A stretch of 64,000 bases of DNA from Paecilomyces variotii (taxonomy: Eukaryota), in assembly GCA_004022145.1 (NCBI GenBank), contig RCNU01000004.1. The stretch is one strand, 5' to 3'. Each line of letters starts with the position of its first letter. Positions within the stretch are counted from its first letter, which is position 1. The notes below the pieces were generated by a model that saw only the letters and a program-made list of their open reading frames with translations, did not search any database and was not told the DNA's origin. This document shows, in pieces, positions 26,046 to 39,449 of this stretch. A program made the position numbers and the translations under genes.

Positions 26046-27250
26046 ATGCCGCCCAAGTACACCATGTCCGATTCAGAGTCCGAGTCCGACAAGTCCACGC
26101 CAGAAGTCCTGTCGGATGAGAAGCTGGAGAAAGGTCTACGGGACACAGTTGCGAATATATACAAGACGGGGAATTTAGACGAATTGACAGTAAAGAGAGT
26201 GCGACTTGCGACGGAGAAGGCGCTCGGACTGGACGAGGGTTTCTTCAAGGGTGATGCGCGCTGGAAGTCTAAGAGTGATGAGATTATTAAGAATGAAGTA
26301 GTATGTGCCTCTCTGGGATTCTTGCGCTGCGGTTGCTATATTTGGTTTCTTGATCGTATCGTTGACCGGCTATTTCTTGTCCACTACAGGAACTACAGGA
26401 GAGTAACCAGGAAGAGAAGAGGGAGGAAGACGACGAAGAAGAGGCGTCACCGATTCCACCTGCAAAGGCGCAAGCACCGACCAAGAAGGCGAGAGACGCG
26501 AAACGTGGGAAGTCAGAAGATGCTTTCAAACCCAGGAAGCGTCGCAAGACTAGCACACCTGCAGAATCAGAGGAGCCTTCTGCTGGATCTAGCGACGAAG
26601 ATGGAGAACCAGTGAAGCAACCCGGAAAGAAAGTCGTCAAGAAAGCAACAAATAAAAAACAATCAGACGCCGTTACCAAGGATGATATGTCAGACGAGTC
26701 TGATACGGCGCCCAAGGCGCAAACCAACGAGTCTTTAGAGCCTGGTGCAGACAAGGAAGCATCCGACAGCGAGATGTCCGTCGTCCTGGATGAAGAACCA
26801 CCGCCAAAGAAGATGCGCCAGAAGAGCGCAAAGGCTGAATCGACGGGGAAGAAAGGCAGGAAACCAGCTGCTCCCAAGAAGAAGGATGCAGATCTGGACC
26901 CAGACCAGGCAGAGATTAAGCGTCTGCAAGGATGGCTGCTCAAGTGCGGAATCCGAAAGATGTGGTTCCGGGAGCTGGCTCCCTACGACACACCCAAAGC
27001 CAAGATCAAGCATCTGAAGGACATGCTGAAAGAGGCAGGCATGGAGGGTCGCTACTCTCTGGAGAAGGCCAAGCAAATCCGTGAAGAGAGGGAGCTCAAG
27101 GCTGATCTCGAAACGGTGCAAGAGGGAGCTAGGCGTTGGGGTACAGGGAGCGCAGGCGAAGAGAGCGATGATGGCCAACCTAAAAGACGAGCAGCGCGAG
27201 GACGAACAGTCCTGGCGTTCCTCAGCGACGACGGCGAAGAAACAGACTGA
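26046..27250 (+). CDS. Nuclear DEK-C/HIRIP3-like chromatin protein, 2 exons
   Basis: N-terminal LTVKRVRLATEKALGL and C-terminal IKRLQGWLLKCGIRKMW...GMEGRYSLEKAKQIRE separated by a charged linker. Confidence 0.75.
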
Positions 27251-28175
27251 TCGACCCATCACTGCTCTATATATTCCTCGGGGTGTCCATTCTCGAATAC
27301 CCGCATTGTATCACTAGCTTCTCATGAGATTAATTATAACGAGTAAAAGAATGGTCGTAAATGGTTTTCTTTTCCACGTAGCATGGGACTTCGACGTATC
27401 ATCTCCACGGGCTCATTATTATCATCTCATTTATAGGACTTCCCTCCACTCATACGCTGGGCCACTAGACTGAAGACCGCGACCGAGGATATGAAGAGCA
27501 CCAGATTGTAGAACTATCCCACCAAGTCAGCACCAGTTTCTGTGCTCTGACATGAATGACCTACCGCATTTCTGGAGTACTCGTTCTCTTCAGCTTCAGA
27601 TCGGGCTTCAACAAACAGTCGCCGCAAATTGGGAAGATTGGCCTAGAAGAGGTCAGATAGTGGTCTTTCCCTGGTCCATCCATGAGACTCACCATTTCCA
27701 ATGGGATATTGGCTCACATAGGCCACTTATTCCCCAAGATACGGAGAATACGTCTCACTGTGCCTGTCAGGGGAAATACTGCGATCGAGACAGCCAGCGG
27801 TGTCGCTAGTTGACCGTTAAGCTCGGGAGGACGAGGGACCCCAAGCCGCCTTTTGTGGATCGGCCAGCATCAATCAATCCATATCAGAACAACAGAGGCT
27901 CGACCTTCGACTCTGAAACATCCCCACCGCTACTACACACCTCTCTCTCTTGATTCCTCCCGGCAGAGAATCCGCGCCGGCGGATAATGAGATAGTAAAT
28001 TCGATCTGTCTGCTTACTTCCAGTCGCGCCACGTTCCCCTGACGCTTCGCCGCACTCGACACCGACCGACTCACCCCGCGGTCTTTCGCAGCAGACAGTT
28101 TCAGCTCAACGTCGACGTGCCATTACACTTGCGGAGGCGCGACCTGGTCGCTGCTGAAGCTCGCGCATCGCAGAC

Positions 28176-30774
28176 ATGGCAATCAGTCGGATAAGGGGCG
28201 CCTTTACGGTGCCCAGAAAGGGAGAGACGTTCGAACTGAGATCTGGCCTAGTGTATGGGAACTACACAACTCGAACGCTGTACGGAACAATGCTGACAGA
28301 TGCCACAGATCCCAGTATGCATACGAACGGTACGGATAATTGTTATGCGATCCATGTGCGGCGTCATACAGAGCGGGAAGTGCTGACCTCTGGTGTAGGA
28401 AAGAGGCCATCCAGAAGACCATCATGGCCATGACTCTGGGCAAGGATGTGTCTGCCTTGTTCCCTGACGTTCTAAAGAACATTGCGACGAACGATCTCGA
28501 TCAGAAAAAGCTCGTGTATCTGTATTTGATGTGCGTCATCTACACAAGGCTCGACAACCCCCTTCTGAGGCTCCCGAGTTGACAGCTGGCAGGAATTACG
28601 CCAAATCCCACCCTGATCTTTGCATTCTCGCTGTGAACACTTTCGTACAAGATTCGGAAGACCCAAATCCTCTCATTCGAGCGCTTGCTATACGAACGAT
28701 GGGCTGTATCCGGGTAGATAAGATGGTGGATTACATGGAAGAACCGCTGAGGAAGACGTTACGTGACGAGTCACCGTACGTCCGAAAGACGGCCGCGATC
28801 TGCGTCGCTAAACTGTTCGACCTCAACCCTGCTATGTGTCTTGAAAATGGTTTCTTGGAGATGTTGCAAGAAATGATCGGAGACCCCAACCCGATGGTCG
28901 TGGCCAACTCGGTGACTGCTCTTGCTGAGATCAATGACACTGCTCCAGAAACCAAGGCGCTGCAGATCACTCCGAATACGTTACGGAAGATGCTGATGGC
29001 TCTGAACGAATGTACGGAATGGGGAAGAGTTACGATACTGACGTCGCTTGCCGACTATAGAACGGCGGATGTGAAGGAGTCCGAACACATCTGCGAGCGA
29101 GTAGCTCCCCAGTTTCAACATGTGAACGCAAGTGTTGTCCTGGCAGCTGTCAAGGTAGTCTTCATGCATATGAAGAACATCAATTCCGAGCTAGCCAAGT
29201 CATACTTTAAGAAGATGGCCCCTCCACTAGGTACGCCCGTTCCGTCTGATACGTAACCGCCAATGCTGATAATTACCAGTCACCCTTGTCTCTTCCGCTC
29301 CGGAAGTCCAGTATGTTGCGTTGAGAAACATCGATCTACTCCTTCAGAAGCAGCCCGATATCCTGAACAAGGAACTGCGCGTCTTTTTCTGCAAATATAA
29401 TGACCCTCCCTATGTCAAATTCCAGAAGCTCGAAATCATGGTCCGGATAGCCAACGAGAAGAATGTGGATCAGCTGCTGGCAGAATTGAAGGAATATGCG
29501 CTGGAAGTGGATATGGACTTTGTCCGTCGGGCAGTCAAAGCTATCGGCCAAACCGCGATCAAGATCGAGACTGCCGCCGAAAAATGTGTGAACACACTGC
29601 TGGACCTCATTAATACCAAGGTGAACTACGTGGTACAGGAAGCTATTGTCGTTATCAAAGATATCTTCCGAAAATACCCCGGTTACGAGGGCATTATTCC
29701 TACTCTATGCAAGTGCATCGATGAGCTGGATGAGCCCAATGCCCGGGGCTCTCTCATTTGGATCGTTGGAGAATATGCGGAGAAGATTAGCAATGCCGGC
29801 GATATCCTAGCAGGATTCGTGGACGGTTTCAACGAAGAGTTCACTCAGGTATGTCCACCCCGCTCCCTATAGAGCACAGTACATGCTAATTTTCAAACAG
29901 ACGCAGCTACAGATCCTAACTGCAGTTGTGAAGCTCTTCCTGAAGCGGCCTGACAAGGCGCAGGGTCTGGTCCAGAAGGTGCTCCAGGCCGCTACTGCGG
30001 AGAACGACAACCCGGACATTCGTGATCGAGCCTATGTCTACTGGCGTCTACTTTCTAACACCAGCGATCCCAATGCCGCAAAGAACGTTGTCCTTTCCGA
30101 GAAGCCTCCAATCGTCACTACAATCCAGTCTCTACCTCCTACTTTGCTCGATCAGCTGCTTAATGAACTTTCGACTCTTGCATCCGTCTATCACAAGCCC
30201 CCAGAGCAGTTCATTGGCCAAGGTCGGTTTGGTGCCGACGCCGTTATGCGGGCTGCCATCGAGTATGTTTTCTTTCTTTGACCTTCTGGTTATCGCTTGC
30301 TAACCTTGCCATAGGGAACAACTCCAGAACGCCCGCGAGAACCCTCTGGCAGCAGCTGCCGCTGCCGCTGCCGTCAGTGGTACGGCTGCCCCCCAGGCAC
30401 AGAACAATGTCGAGAACCTGTTGGATATCGACTTCGACGGCACCGCACCGGCTTCTGCACAGAAAGAGCCCACGGCCGGCATGTCCGGTCTGGAAGGTCT
30501 TGCTGGCACGCCTGTGCGCGTCGAGTCGCCTGCCATCGGTGCACCTTCGTCAAGCAACAACCTCGACGACCTGCTGGGCGTATTTGGCAGCGGTGGAGAT
30601 ACTGCACCCGCCGCGAACACCGGCTTTGGCGGCGCCAACGGCGGTGCGAGCATGGACCTGATGAACGGATTCGCAGGCTTGGACCTCTCAGGAACCTCAA
30701 ACCCGACATCCCCGCCTCCCACATCGGGTACCCAGCCCAAGAAGACCAACGAGGATATCATGTCCCTATTCTAA
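28176..30774 (+). CDS. APL2: AP-1 adaptor complex beta subunit, multi-exon
   Basis: [52 protein letters not shown], clathrin-box-like LLDID. Confidence 0.93.
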
Positions 30775-31083
30775 GCCTGTTATTCAAACCACCTGAGGGA
30801 AAGATAATAAATTTGGCACGCGAGGTTGTAGAAGTCGTCAGCTGGAGAGAGCGGGAGAGGGAGAGGGAGAGATATGCAGAGCAAGAGCAGAGCACGAAGA
30901 AAGTTGCGGGCGTCAACTTTCTTCAACCTTAGCTGCTCCAGTTAAATCATTAACTCTTATTTCAGACATCAAAGTCGATCCTGTGCATATTGATATAAAC
31001 ATCTTTGAGTTCAAGTCCTTTTTGAGTGTGTGTTGTTAATTGGAAGAAGAGAGCTAAATTATTAGATGGTTTTCTTTTTTCCC

Positions 31084-31102
31084 TTTTTTTTTAAAAAAAA
31101 AA
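31084..31102. repeat. T9-A10 homopolymer palindrome between convergent genes
   Basis: tttttttttaaaaaaaaaa. Confidence 0.8.
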
Positions 31103-31437
31103 CAGTAGAATGCAGGATATAATGATACAATCGATATTATAAACTCGACATATTCGTATTGTTGCTTCAGTACATAAATACATGTTATGGAAGGAAAGCA
31201 TTCCTACGTATGCAGGAGATGAGATACTAATCCCATACTATAAAACCACACGCGCAGCGCCACAAGCCATATTCTGCGTTTTCCTAATATCCAAAATCCA
31301 CCTGACCAGTTCCTAGGAGCTCATTTTGAAGTCCAGGAATTATGACTTAAATTAGAAGAGAGTGAAGATGAAATTATGTCCTTGAATGTTATGCTAAGAG
31401 AGAGAAAAAAAAAAAGAAGGACGTCGTTTTCTCCGTA

Positions 31438-32885
31438 TTACTCGTTTAGTACTTTTGTGGCTCGCAAAATGTCTTCGAGAGACCAGCATGGTCCGCCGGG
31501 GACCATCTCCGCCCACACTTCCTCAGGTACGGCGTCGTTGGGGTCCAGAAGGCTCCAGTTCGGACTGGGCTCTAGTTTTATCCATTTAAAATCCTCGACT
31601 TCGTTCCAATTGTCGGTAGCTTCGGGCTGGTTCTGGTCCAAGGCCTAGAGAGTGGACAGTTGTTAATTTCGAGCTTCAAGTACGCAAGGTGTGATTGGTA
31701 GGTGGGATTTATGTTATGCACAGCAATTAACAATACTCACATATACCTTTGGTATCCTTGCAAACCGGATATTTTTGCAATCCTCGATGATCGGATTACT
31801 GCTGCAGCTGAGATAGACGTCGACGTCTTTGCATTCATGCATGCGGAACTGGTGGCAGGAAACGAGGATAACACTGTGTTGGACTCCCGTGATGTGTGCT
31901 GGACCGTTGACCTGGCCGCAGATCAAGAGGCTTTCCTGGACATCCTTCACCGTTAAGCTGGCGTATGGCTTCCCATTGGCGGTTGGGATTGACATATCTA
32001 CAACACAATGTCGCAAGGATGTAATAGATGCGGGAACTGTTGCACTTGAGGCCGACGCTGGAAGCATGATATGGAGACCATAGTGATTGTCAACAGTGAC
32101 TGAAGAGGCAGCCGAGAAAGTTGGCCTTCGTATTGAGGAACATTTGGGATCGATATTGGTGATTCCTTCCTTGTCCCCTCCCTCAAAGACAGGAGATGAA
32201 ACTGGTACTATTTCAGGTCTCATCTGCTGCTGCGCAGGCTCGTACAAAGGTGTGGATGGATAATTAGGGGTCGTGGTCGCCGACGAGTCCGGTGATGACC
32301 GTCCAGGAGAGCTGTAACCAGGAATATGACGGCGACCTTGGGCAGCAATTTGCGCAGCATCAACTAAAGAAACAGCAGAAGGGTTCTTCTTCGTTTTGAA
32401 CGAGAACTTTTGTCGTGGTGCGACAGAGGCTTTCGTTTCCGTGAGTTTGTCACGCAGTGCTTTGATGGCCTGGTTATTCTGTCAATGCATTCATCCCCAT
32501 CGACTTCGAAGCATTACACCCACTTCTGCATATATCCGCTGATCGTACGTGGGTATGTAACTGGACGCATCCTTGACCTCATTTGACAATCGCGCAATGC
32601 CTGCCAGACAGTGATCGGCCGCATCGGAACGTTCCCCGGCCACAAGGGACGTATCCGCGAGACGGTCCATCTGTTCTTGGAGAGCTAATGATTGAGAAGA
32701 AGCCTGGTCAGTTCTGCACCTAATCCACATAGATAGAACGAGTCCTCCGCAGTATGGGATTGAGTACCTATAATCTCATGTTGAAAATAGCGGAAGAAGC
32801 GTTCCTTCAGAGAAATGTCTGACTTGGAAAGTGTTTGATTCTCAGCCTGTGAAGGCCGGCGCTGTTCCGGTATCTCTTGGGACAT
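31438..32885 (-). CDS. Tubulin-specific chaperone C (TBCC), 4 exons
   Basis: N-terminal helical domain (YIPTYDQRIY), C-CAP beta-helix (SCHQFRMHEC...PIIEDC), VEDFKWIK...SPNW. Confidence 0.92.
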
Positions 32886-34465
32886 ATTGGGTGAAATTCG
32901 TGAGCAGCGATAGGTAGAAGGTGGCCTGCAGAAGAACGTTCGTCCACCTGGAGGGGAAAAGGGTAGGAAGCTTTGACGATATGCGAAAGAGGGTAGGTAT
33001 TGATGACGTCTATCCAAACAGAAGAGATGCTGGGATGAGCGGTCCGCACTGCAAAAGTAGATCTGACGCAAATCCTGATCAGAGTAACGGCATTTTCCTT
33101 GGATTGATTATCAGATACAATGTACTGATACTAGTAGACCTCGCCAGTTCGTCGGAAGATTATCTCGACGTAAGAACGTGCGAAGAGGGGCTTGGTGGGG
33201 AGATCGCGGAGTTACTTGATGGATAGCGGTACAGTTGCAATACTTTAAGTTAACTAGGTATGCTGTACATCAACGCGACGTGGTTACTTTAACAGAATTC
33301 CAATGGCAATCAGGGAAAATGCCTGGATATTTCTGCTATGAACGCCTCCAGAGCTTCCGTAGCACAAGAGAATCAGCTGATATATCGGCTGGTCTTCTTT
33401 CTTGTTTATCGGGCACGTGATTGCTTGCCAGTGACGTTGACCCGGCAATTCGGAGAAACTTGGTCCGACGGAGCCATCACGTGGTCATCGCTCATGCTGC
33501 ACAGCTAAGTTACACTCAACCCACGATGAATCAATCTGGGCTGGAACATCTAGGTAGCATCGTTAAATCTTGACCCTGGTTTCCCTGTTTCATTGGACTG
33601 AACGTGATCCTCCTGGTGATCCTATTGCTGAGACGGAGAAGGTACATTTAGCCCACTAATGCACTCCCACTATTGACTTGGCTCCCGTAATCCCTGCTGC
33701 TGCATACAATGAACCACCTGGCCTTCGACAGTTTCGACAGTCACGGGCCAGGGCTGCGGAGGATCGCTCGTGTCCGCTTGCCTACAAAGATGAAAACATC
33801 ATGTGCCTGGGGCCCTGGGCCCTGAACAGCCGGCAGAGGATGCACCTATCTTCGATCTGTATGATCGCCTCGGTTAGCAGCATTCGATAATCTTGCTAAG
33901 ATTCTGTGCCGCCTGACTCCTCAGGGAAATGATGCCAAGCGGCCCCGGGGGAGCCCTGGAATCCTAGGAGAGAGTAATGCCGCGTACGGAATGTTCCCAA
34001 CCTGCGGGATGCTCGTGGGAACGGCATCTACAGAGATCGTGAGGATGCGACATTCACCCTCCTATCATCGCCCTGGAGCATCGGTTGGTGATATATCAGA
34101 CCAAGCTTTCAGCTTTCAGCCAGAAGCCGTTTAGTGGGGCCTTGTTGCCACTGCGATGGCTTGTTAAGTTGATTTAGAGTGTGAGCTAAATAGCCTGCAG
34201 CCGCGACCCTGCCAGGTAAACAATGGCGGAGCAACCGTAAGCAAGAGCACGATAAACGATGAAGATCCCAGTTGGATTTCACCATGCAGCTCGCCAATCT
34301 TCCCCTCCTGAGGGCCCCTCATAAGGACCGGGGTGCTTACACCGTCTATCCCTTTCTTGTCCACGGCCCTACCTCTGCTGCGTATGATATAGTGGAAGGG
34401 GTGCGCGCTGCAGCAGGCTCAAAATCAGCAGTCATTCTCTAGTCGACCAAGGATCAGTTACACGG

Positions 34466-36306
34466 ATGTTATTTTCAGCCTTGATTTTAAGGGTTATATC
34501 CCTTTTCCTATCATTGTCCACTGCTCCCGCGAATCCCCTGAAATATGAACTCGTAGAGCGTCATTCTGAGGTGCCTTATGGTTGGGTTCGGGGAACAGCT
34601 CCAGCTGCATCGAAGCTGCTCTGTCTTCGGCTTGCGGTTCGCCAGGACAGGGCCGCTGAGTTCGAAAAGCTGGTAATTGACCTTTCGACGCCCGGACACG
34701 AAAAGTATGGGAAGCACTTGAAACAGAAAGAAATAAAAGACTTCCTTCGCCCAGCTTCAAAGGTATCTCAGGCCATTCTTGCATGGCTGGAGTCAGAAGG
34801 AGTACCGGACGATTCCATTGAAGATGACGGTGATTGGATCAAGATTGTTGTTCCCGTACACCAAGCGGAACGAATGCTGAGTACCCGGTTTCACCACTTT
34901 CACCACATCGACAGCAGGGTCACAAGAATCAGGACGCTCGAGTATTCACTGCCCCGCGCAATTCGGCCATATATTCAGTTGATCCAGCCAACAACTCGTT
35001 TTGGCGAACCTAAGGCTCACAAAAGCTTCCTGATCGACCACGGCATTACCATCAGTGACAACGAGAAGAATATTGACTGCGGTTCAACTGTTACCCCAAG
35101 TTGCTTGCGACAATTGTACAAGCTAGACGATTTTGTGGCGAAACCCCATCCACGCAACAAGCTTGGGATCTCCGGATATCTGGGTCAATATGCTCGATAC
35201 AGCGACTTTTATGCGTTTCTGAAGAAGTACGCGCCTAACGAGCAGGATGCCAATTTCACAGTGGCATCGATCAACGGTGGTCTTAATCTCCAAAACTCAT
35301 CCGATAGTGCCACTGAAGCCGCTTTGGATGTCCAGTACGGCTATTCGCTCTCCTACGGAGTAGGCGGCACTTTTTACACCACTGGAGGTCGTGCGCCTCT
35401 TGTCCCTGATGCCGATGAGCCTGATGCGAACGACTCCGACAACGAGCCGTACTTGGACCAGCTTCATTATCTCTTGAAATTGCCAGACGACCAGCTGCCA
35501 TCGGTCTTGTCAACTTCCTATGGTGAAGACGAACAAAGCGTGCCAGTATCCTATTCCAATGCTACCTGCAATTTGTTCGCCCAGCTAGGCGCTCGTGGTG
35601 TATCTGTCATATTCAGCAGCGGAGATAGCGGTGTTGGAGGGTCTTGTTTGAGCAACGATGGCAAGAATACCACCAGATTCCTTCCGATATTCCCTGCTTC
35701 CTGTCCGTTCGTCACCTCCGTGGGTGGCACAACAGGGATCAATCCCGAGAAAGCAATTTCCTTTTCGGCAGGAGGGTTCTCTGAGCGGTTCGCCCGTCCG
35801 TCGTATCAAGAGGCTGCGGTTTCTAGCTACCTCTCTCTCCTAGGCAACCGATGGGAAGGGCTATACAATCCGAAGGGACGGGGCTTCCCTGACGTTGCTG
35901 CTCAGGCGAACAATTTCGCGATTGTTGAACATGGATCCATCAGTTTGGTGGGAGGAACGAGGTTTGTGATCAGCTTACCCACACAGCAAGCTCATATTAA
36001 CACACCGTTAGTGCCGCTGCTCCAACCTTTGCGGCTATCGTTGCAGACTTGAATTCCGTTCGCCTTGCTGCAAATAAGTCGGCCCTGGGTTTCTTGAACC
36101 CTTGGATTTACAGCCTCAACCAGACCGGTTTCACAGACATTGTCCAAGGCGGTTCTAATGGATGTTTTGGCGGCGAGACTTGGTTAGGCAAGTCGACACC
36201 TTACGTGCCATATGCCAGTTGGAATGCCACGCCAGGGTGGGACCCAGTAACAGGACTAGGAACACCACTGTTCTCAACTCTCTCTGAGCTTGCACTATCG
36301 GCGTGA
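34466..36306 (+). CDS. Secreted tripeptidyl-peptidase (sedolisin, S53), 2 exons
   Basis: Signal peptide, pro-domain, EAALD, SSGDSG, spliced [18 protein letters not shown]. Confidence 0.95.
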
Positions 36307-36889
36307 TCGAGTATCTTTTAGAAGTATTGTTGCTTCACGTTTATGCAGTTCTTCATGTTAATCCTATGCCGCTCCTATATCCCGGTTCGTTATGTCTCTT
36401 GATTGGCGCAAATGTATGCGTGGTAGTATAACGGCCCTATGCAGACATGAGCCTTGACCGTGAGTCTGCGGTCATCATCAGAGAAAATAAGCATTCTCAG
36501 CATCCCTCACGGCTACCAGTGCAGGATTAACAAGGCACACTCACAATCTCATCCAAAGGAGAACGTTGCACGCTACAGACTGCGGAACAGCCTGGGGAAG
36601 TCATTGGACGTTCATTACAATAATTAGTTCGGGTGTGAAATTCCCCTCCCTGTTGAGTTGTCTAACGTTAAGGTCTAACAAGGTTACCCCGCCAAGAGTC
36701 GATGTAAATTGATTATATAGCGGGCGATGGACTGGTTAGTTATTTACATATATTTATAAACTGCAGCGAGGCAAACGAGCAGAGCTGTCCCGCAGCTGGC
36801 CACTGGTACGATAAGGGGTAAACTGGACCCAAAATAGTGTAGCTAGAACCTCCGGCGTGGCCCCTAGGGGCCGTATTCATCGGACGACT

Positions 36890-37170
36890 AACTAGTGAAC
36901 GGACAATTTTTATTTTGATTTCTATTATCCTCACATGTCAGACGAATATATGACCTTGTAGTTCGGAATATTACCATCATCACAATAATACGCACGATTT
37001 CGGCCCGCCTCCCATGCAAACAGCGTCGAAAACGCTGCGACTTGAGGCGATGAAGGTCCCTTCTCAGAGCTTCAAGTATGTTGCGCGGCAAGGGATATGC
37101 CCGCCTCTCTGTCGAACGCCTCGATTACATCCAGCAACGCCTTTACGGGTTTCAGATACAATTTTTCTCG
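36890..37170 (-). pseudogene. DUF3723-like N-terminal relic (copy A)
   Basis: Ordered motifs across frames: GCNR...HIP, NILEAL, CLHGRR, YCDDGNI/FRTTRSY, matching the GCxR...HIP / CLHGxHR / DGxIFRxIR pattern. Confidence 0.6.
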
Positions 37171-39266
37171 AAAAGAAATGAAACAAATAGAGAGCTCCGA
37201 TTTATTCTTCGTATGTGAAAACAAGTGTTCCGTGGTTAGGACCACAAAAGGCCATGAATGATGCCAAAGCCAGGTTATGTATGACGTCTACAGGACTACG
37301 TTCTTGGCAGTCAAGCCACGAGCAATCCAGATTCCCGGGAATGATCGTTTATTACTTATTCATTACTATTTAGTATTCAGGGTGCCGAGGCCTGTAGTGT
37401 TAACTTTTACGGGGGCCTGCACGATCAACGGACCTTACATCCTCGTGTCGGTATTGACTTAAGTCAAATTACCATTTCTCGCAGCGCCGGAGGCCAAACA
37501 GCGTCTTCTAATGAACCCCGAGATATGGGGGAGTTATCCGTTCCACTTATAGTCCTCCGTCGTGGGATCTATCTGGTTTTATCGGACCGTAACCCTCAGC
37601 CAGCATGATTGAATCGCGTTCGGATGGTGGCGAACATACAGCATTCCAGATGACTTATCTTTCAGCCTTATAAGGTCCGCTGGAAGATCGAGCATTGTTC
37701 AAACTTCAAAGTCTGATGGTGATGCGAACGAGGCCCACTCGCCCCGCCGATTCACAGCGACTAGCGTTTATCACATTGGGGCTTTGAGCGTGCCCATTAT
37801 TTGCAGGGCGTCCTCCAACTGGGGCGAGGTAAATATGGAGGATGAGCGCTGTCTAATGCTGGTTCCTCAGTGAAAGAAAATAGTAAGTATACCAGAGCCG
37901 TGAGCCCCTTGCGCTGTTAATTTTTGCGTTTCGCTATTGAAGGTATGGATCGAACGGCTTACCGGTTCAGTTCTTTAAACAGGTCTAGAATTTCTTGCCG
38001 ATTTCAACAGGTGACATGCTATGCTTTTCTGGACTTGTTAGCGCAAACATCTGATAGGGATTAGAATGGAAATTGCCTTCTAGGTGTCCTGGTACAACAT
38101 GAACAGTCTTTCACTTTGCTTGGAAGACAAGCAACCTGAGACACATCGTCTAACTATGGTCTATGACCCGTGACTAAGTTGATGCTCACCGGAAGACAGG
38201 ATATACACGAAGACTTTAAGCGAACAAGGCGGATTCGACTTTCTGCTGGGATTCGAACCACCCCTGGGTCCGCCGTTGACGCATTTGAGGTAGTCCTGAC
38301 CGAGCATCGAACGATTGAGACAAAGGTCTATATCTCTCCTGATGAGCAAAAAGATTTGATGGAGTGGCTAGGTATTTGGACGAGTTGGAGTTGGTGGTTG
38401 AGACCGACTTCACGTGCCTACCTACCGCTTTTGCACCAACGGACCTGAACACACCTTGTCGTGACGCTATCCACATAACACTTCCTGCACGGGACACGAT
38501 GTAACCAGAACCGTCTGCAGAAACACGGGGCGTCACCATCAAATATCAATTTCTCGGCTGACAGTTAAAGTGATTCAAGCTTGGACATGAGGTATCGATA
38601 TCAAAGAGATTGGAGCTGACTTTCCAATCACGATGGCCCCTGCTTAACAATCCTTCCGACATGTGTTGATCCCTATCATGCTCTGTCAATCTCCAGTACT
38701 GGGCCTCACCGCTCGACGGACTGTTTACAGGACTATCCATCATCGAGAATCTCTTTTCGCCAGCTCTATTCGATTGTCCCAGGGTCACGTGACGAAACCA
38801 AGCTCATCATAGAATGGTTCTATCCAAAGCTTGGCGACTGCAGTATGACACTCTTGCTGAAAGATTGATACCTATGATTATTGGCATTTTGCATGAATAA
38901 TGGGGTACGATCAAGAGAAGTATTGGATTATTCGTCAGTCTAATCCCACATACTGAATCACGCTAAGGGATCAGATACTGATTCGGTAGGTAGTTATTAG
39001 AGCCATCGCTTGCGCAATTTGCCCTGACAGCAAAAAATTCGCATCATCAAGCCCCTTCAAAACGAGCTGCCATTCTTTGCTCTTCCATCTGAATACCTTG
39101 TGACTCGCCTTGTCGACATGGAAAAACCTCGGTTGGCCAAAGCACGCGGACTGCGCGGCTATTTGTTGCATATCTACTATGCCTAGATTGCCGTGGTTCA
39201 CTAGGTAAAGGTCAGTACAGGAATTCTACCATCTTCAACTTGAGAGAACTACCTTCCTGTGATTCT

Positions 39267-39449
39267 TCAACACATCGTACCGCACACATGGCAATTTTTC
39301 CCTGGGATGACCCAGACCTCCTCGCCTCGACTTTCACAATTCGGGCAGCGGACTCCTGGCATCTGATTATTGAATGTCAATTCTCGACCTCGGTCAGTGA
39401 ACGCTATGCACGACAGAAACCTCACCGGTGCCATGACAGGGCGGACCAT
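39267..39449 (-). CDS. Spliced microprotein, 39 aa, MVRPVMAPMPGVRCPNCESRGEEVWVIPGKNCHVCGTMC (intron 39363-39425)
   Basis: 24-nt exon 1, GTGAGG...TTGAC...CAG intron, 96-nt exon 2; CxxC...CxxC; upstream TATAAA at 39629-39634. Confidence 0.7.
   Translation of the reverse strand: MVRPVMAPVRFLSCIAFTDRGRELTFNNQMPGVRCPNCESRGEEVWVIPGKNCHVCGTMC

Noticed and set aside
38248-38262. GGTTCGAATCCC B-box-like motif on the minus strand
   Set aside because: T-stem does not pair and no cloverleaf forms; not a tRNA
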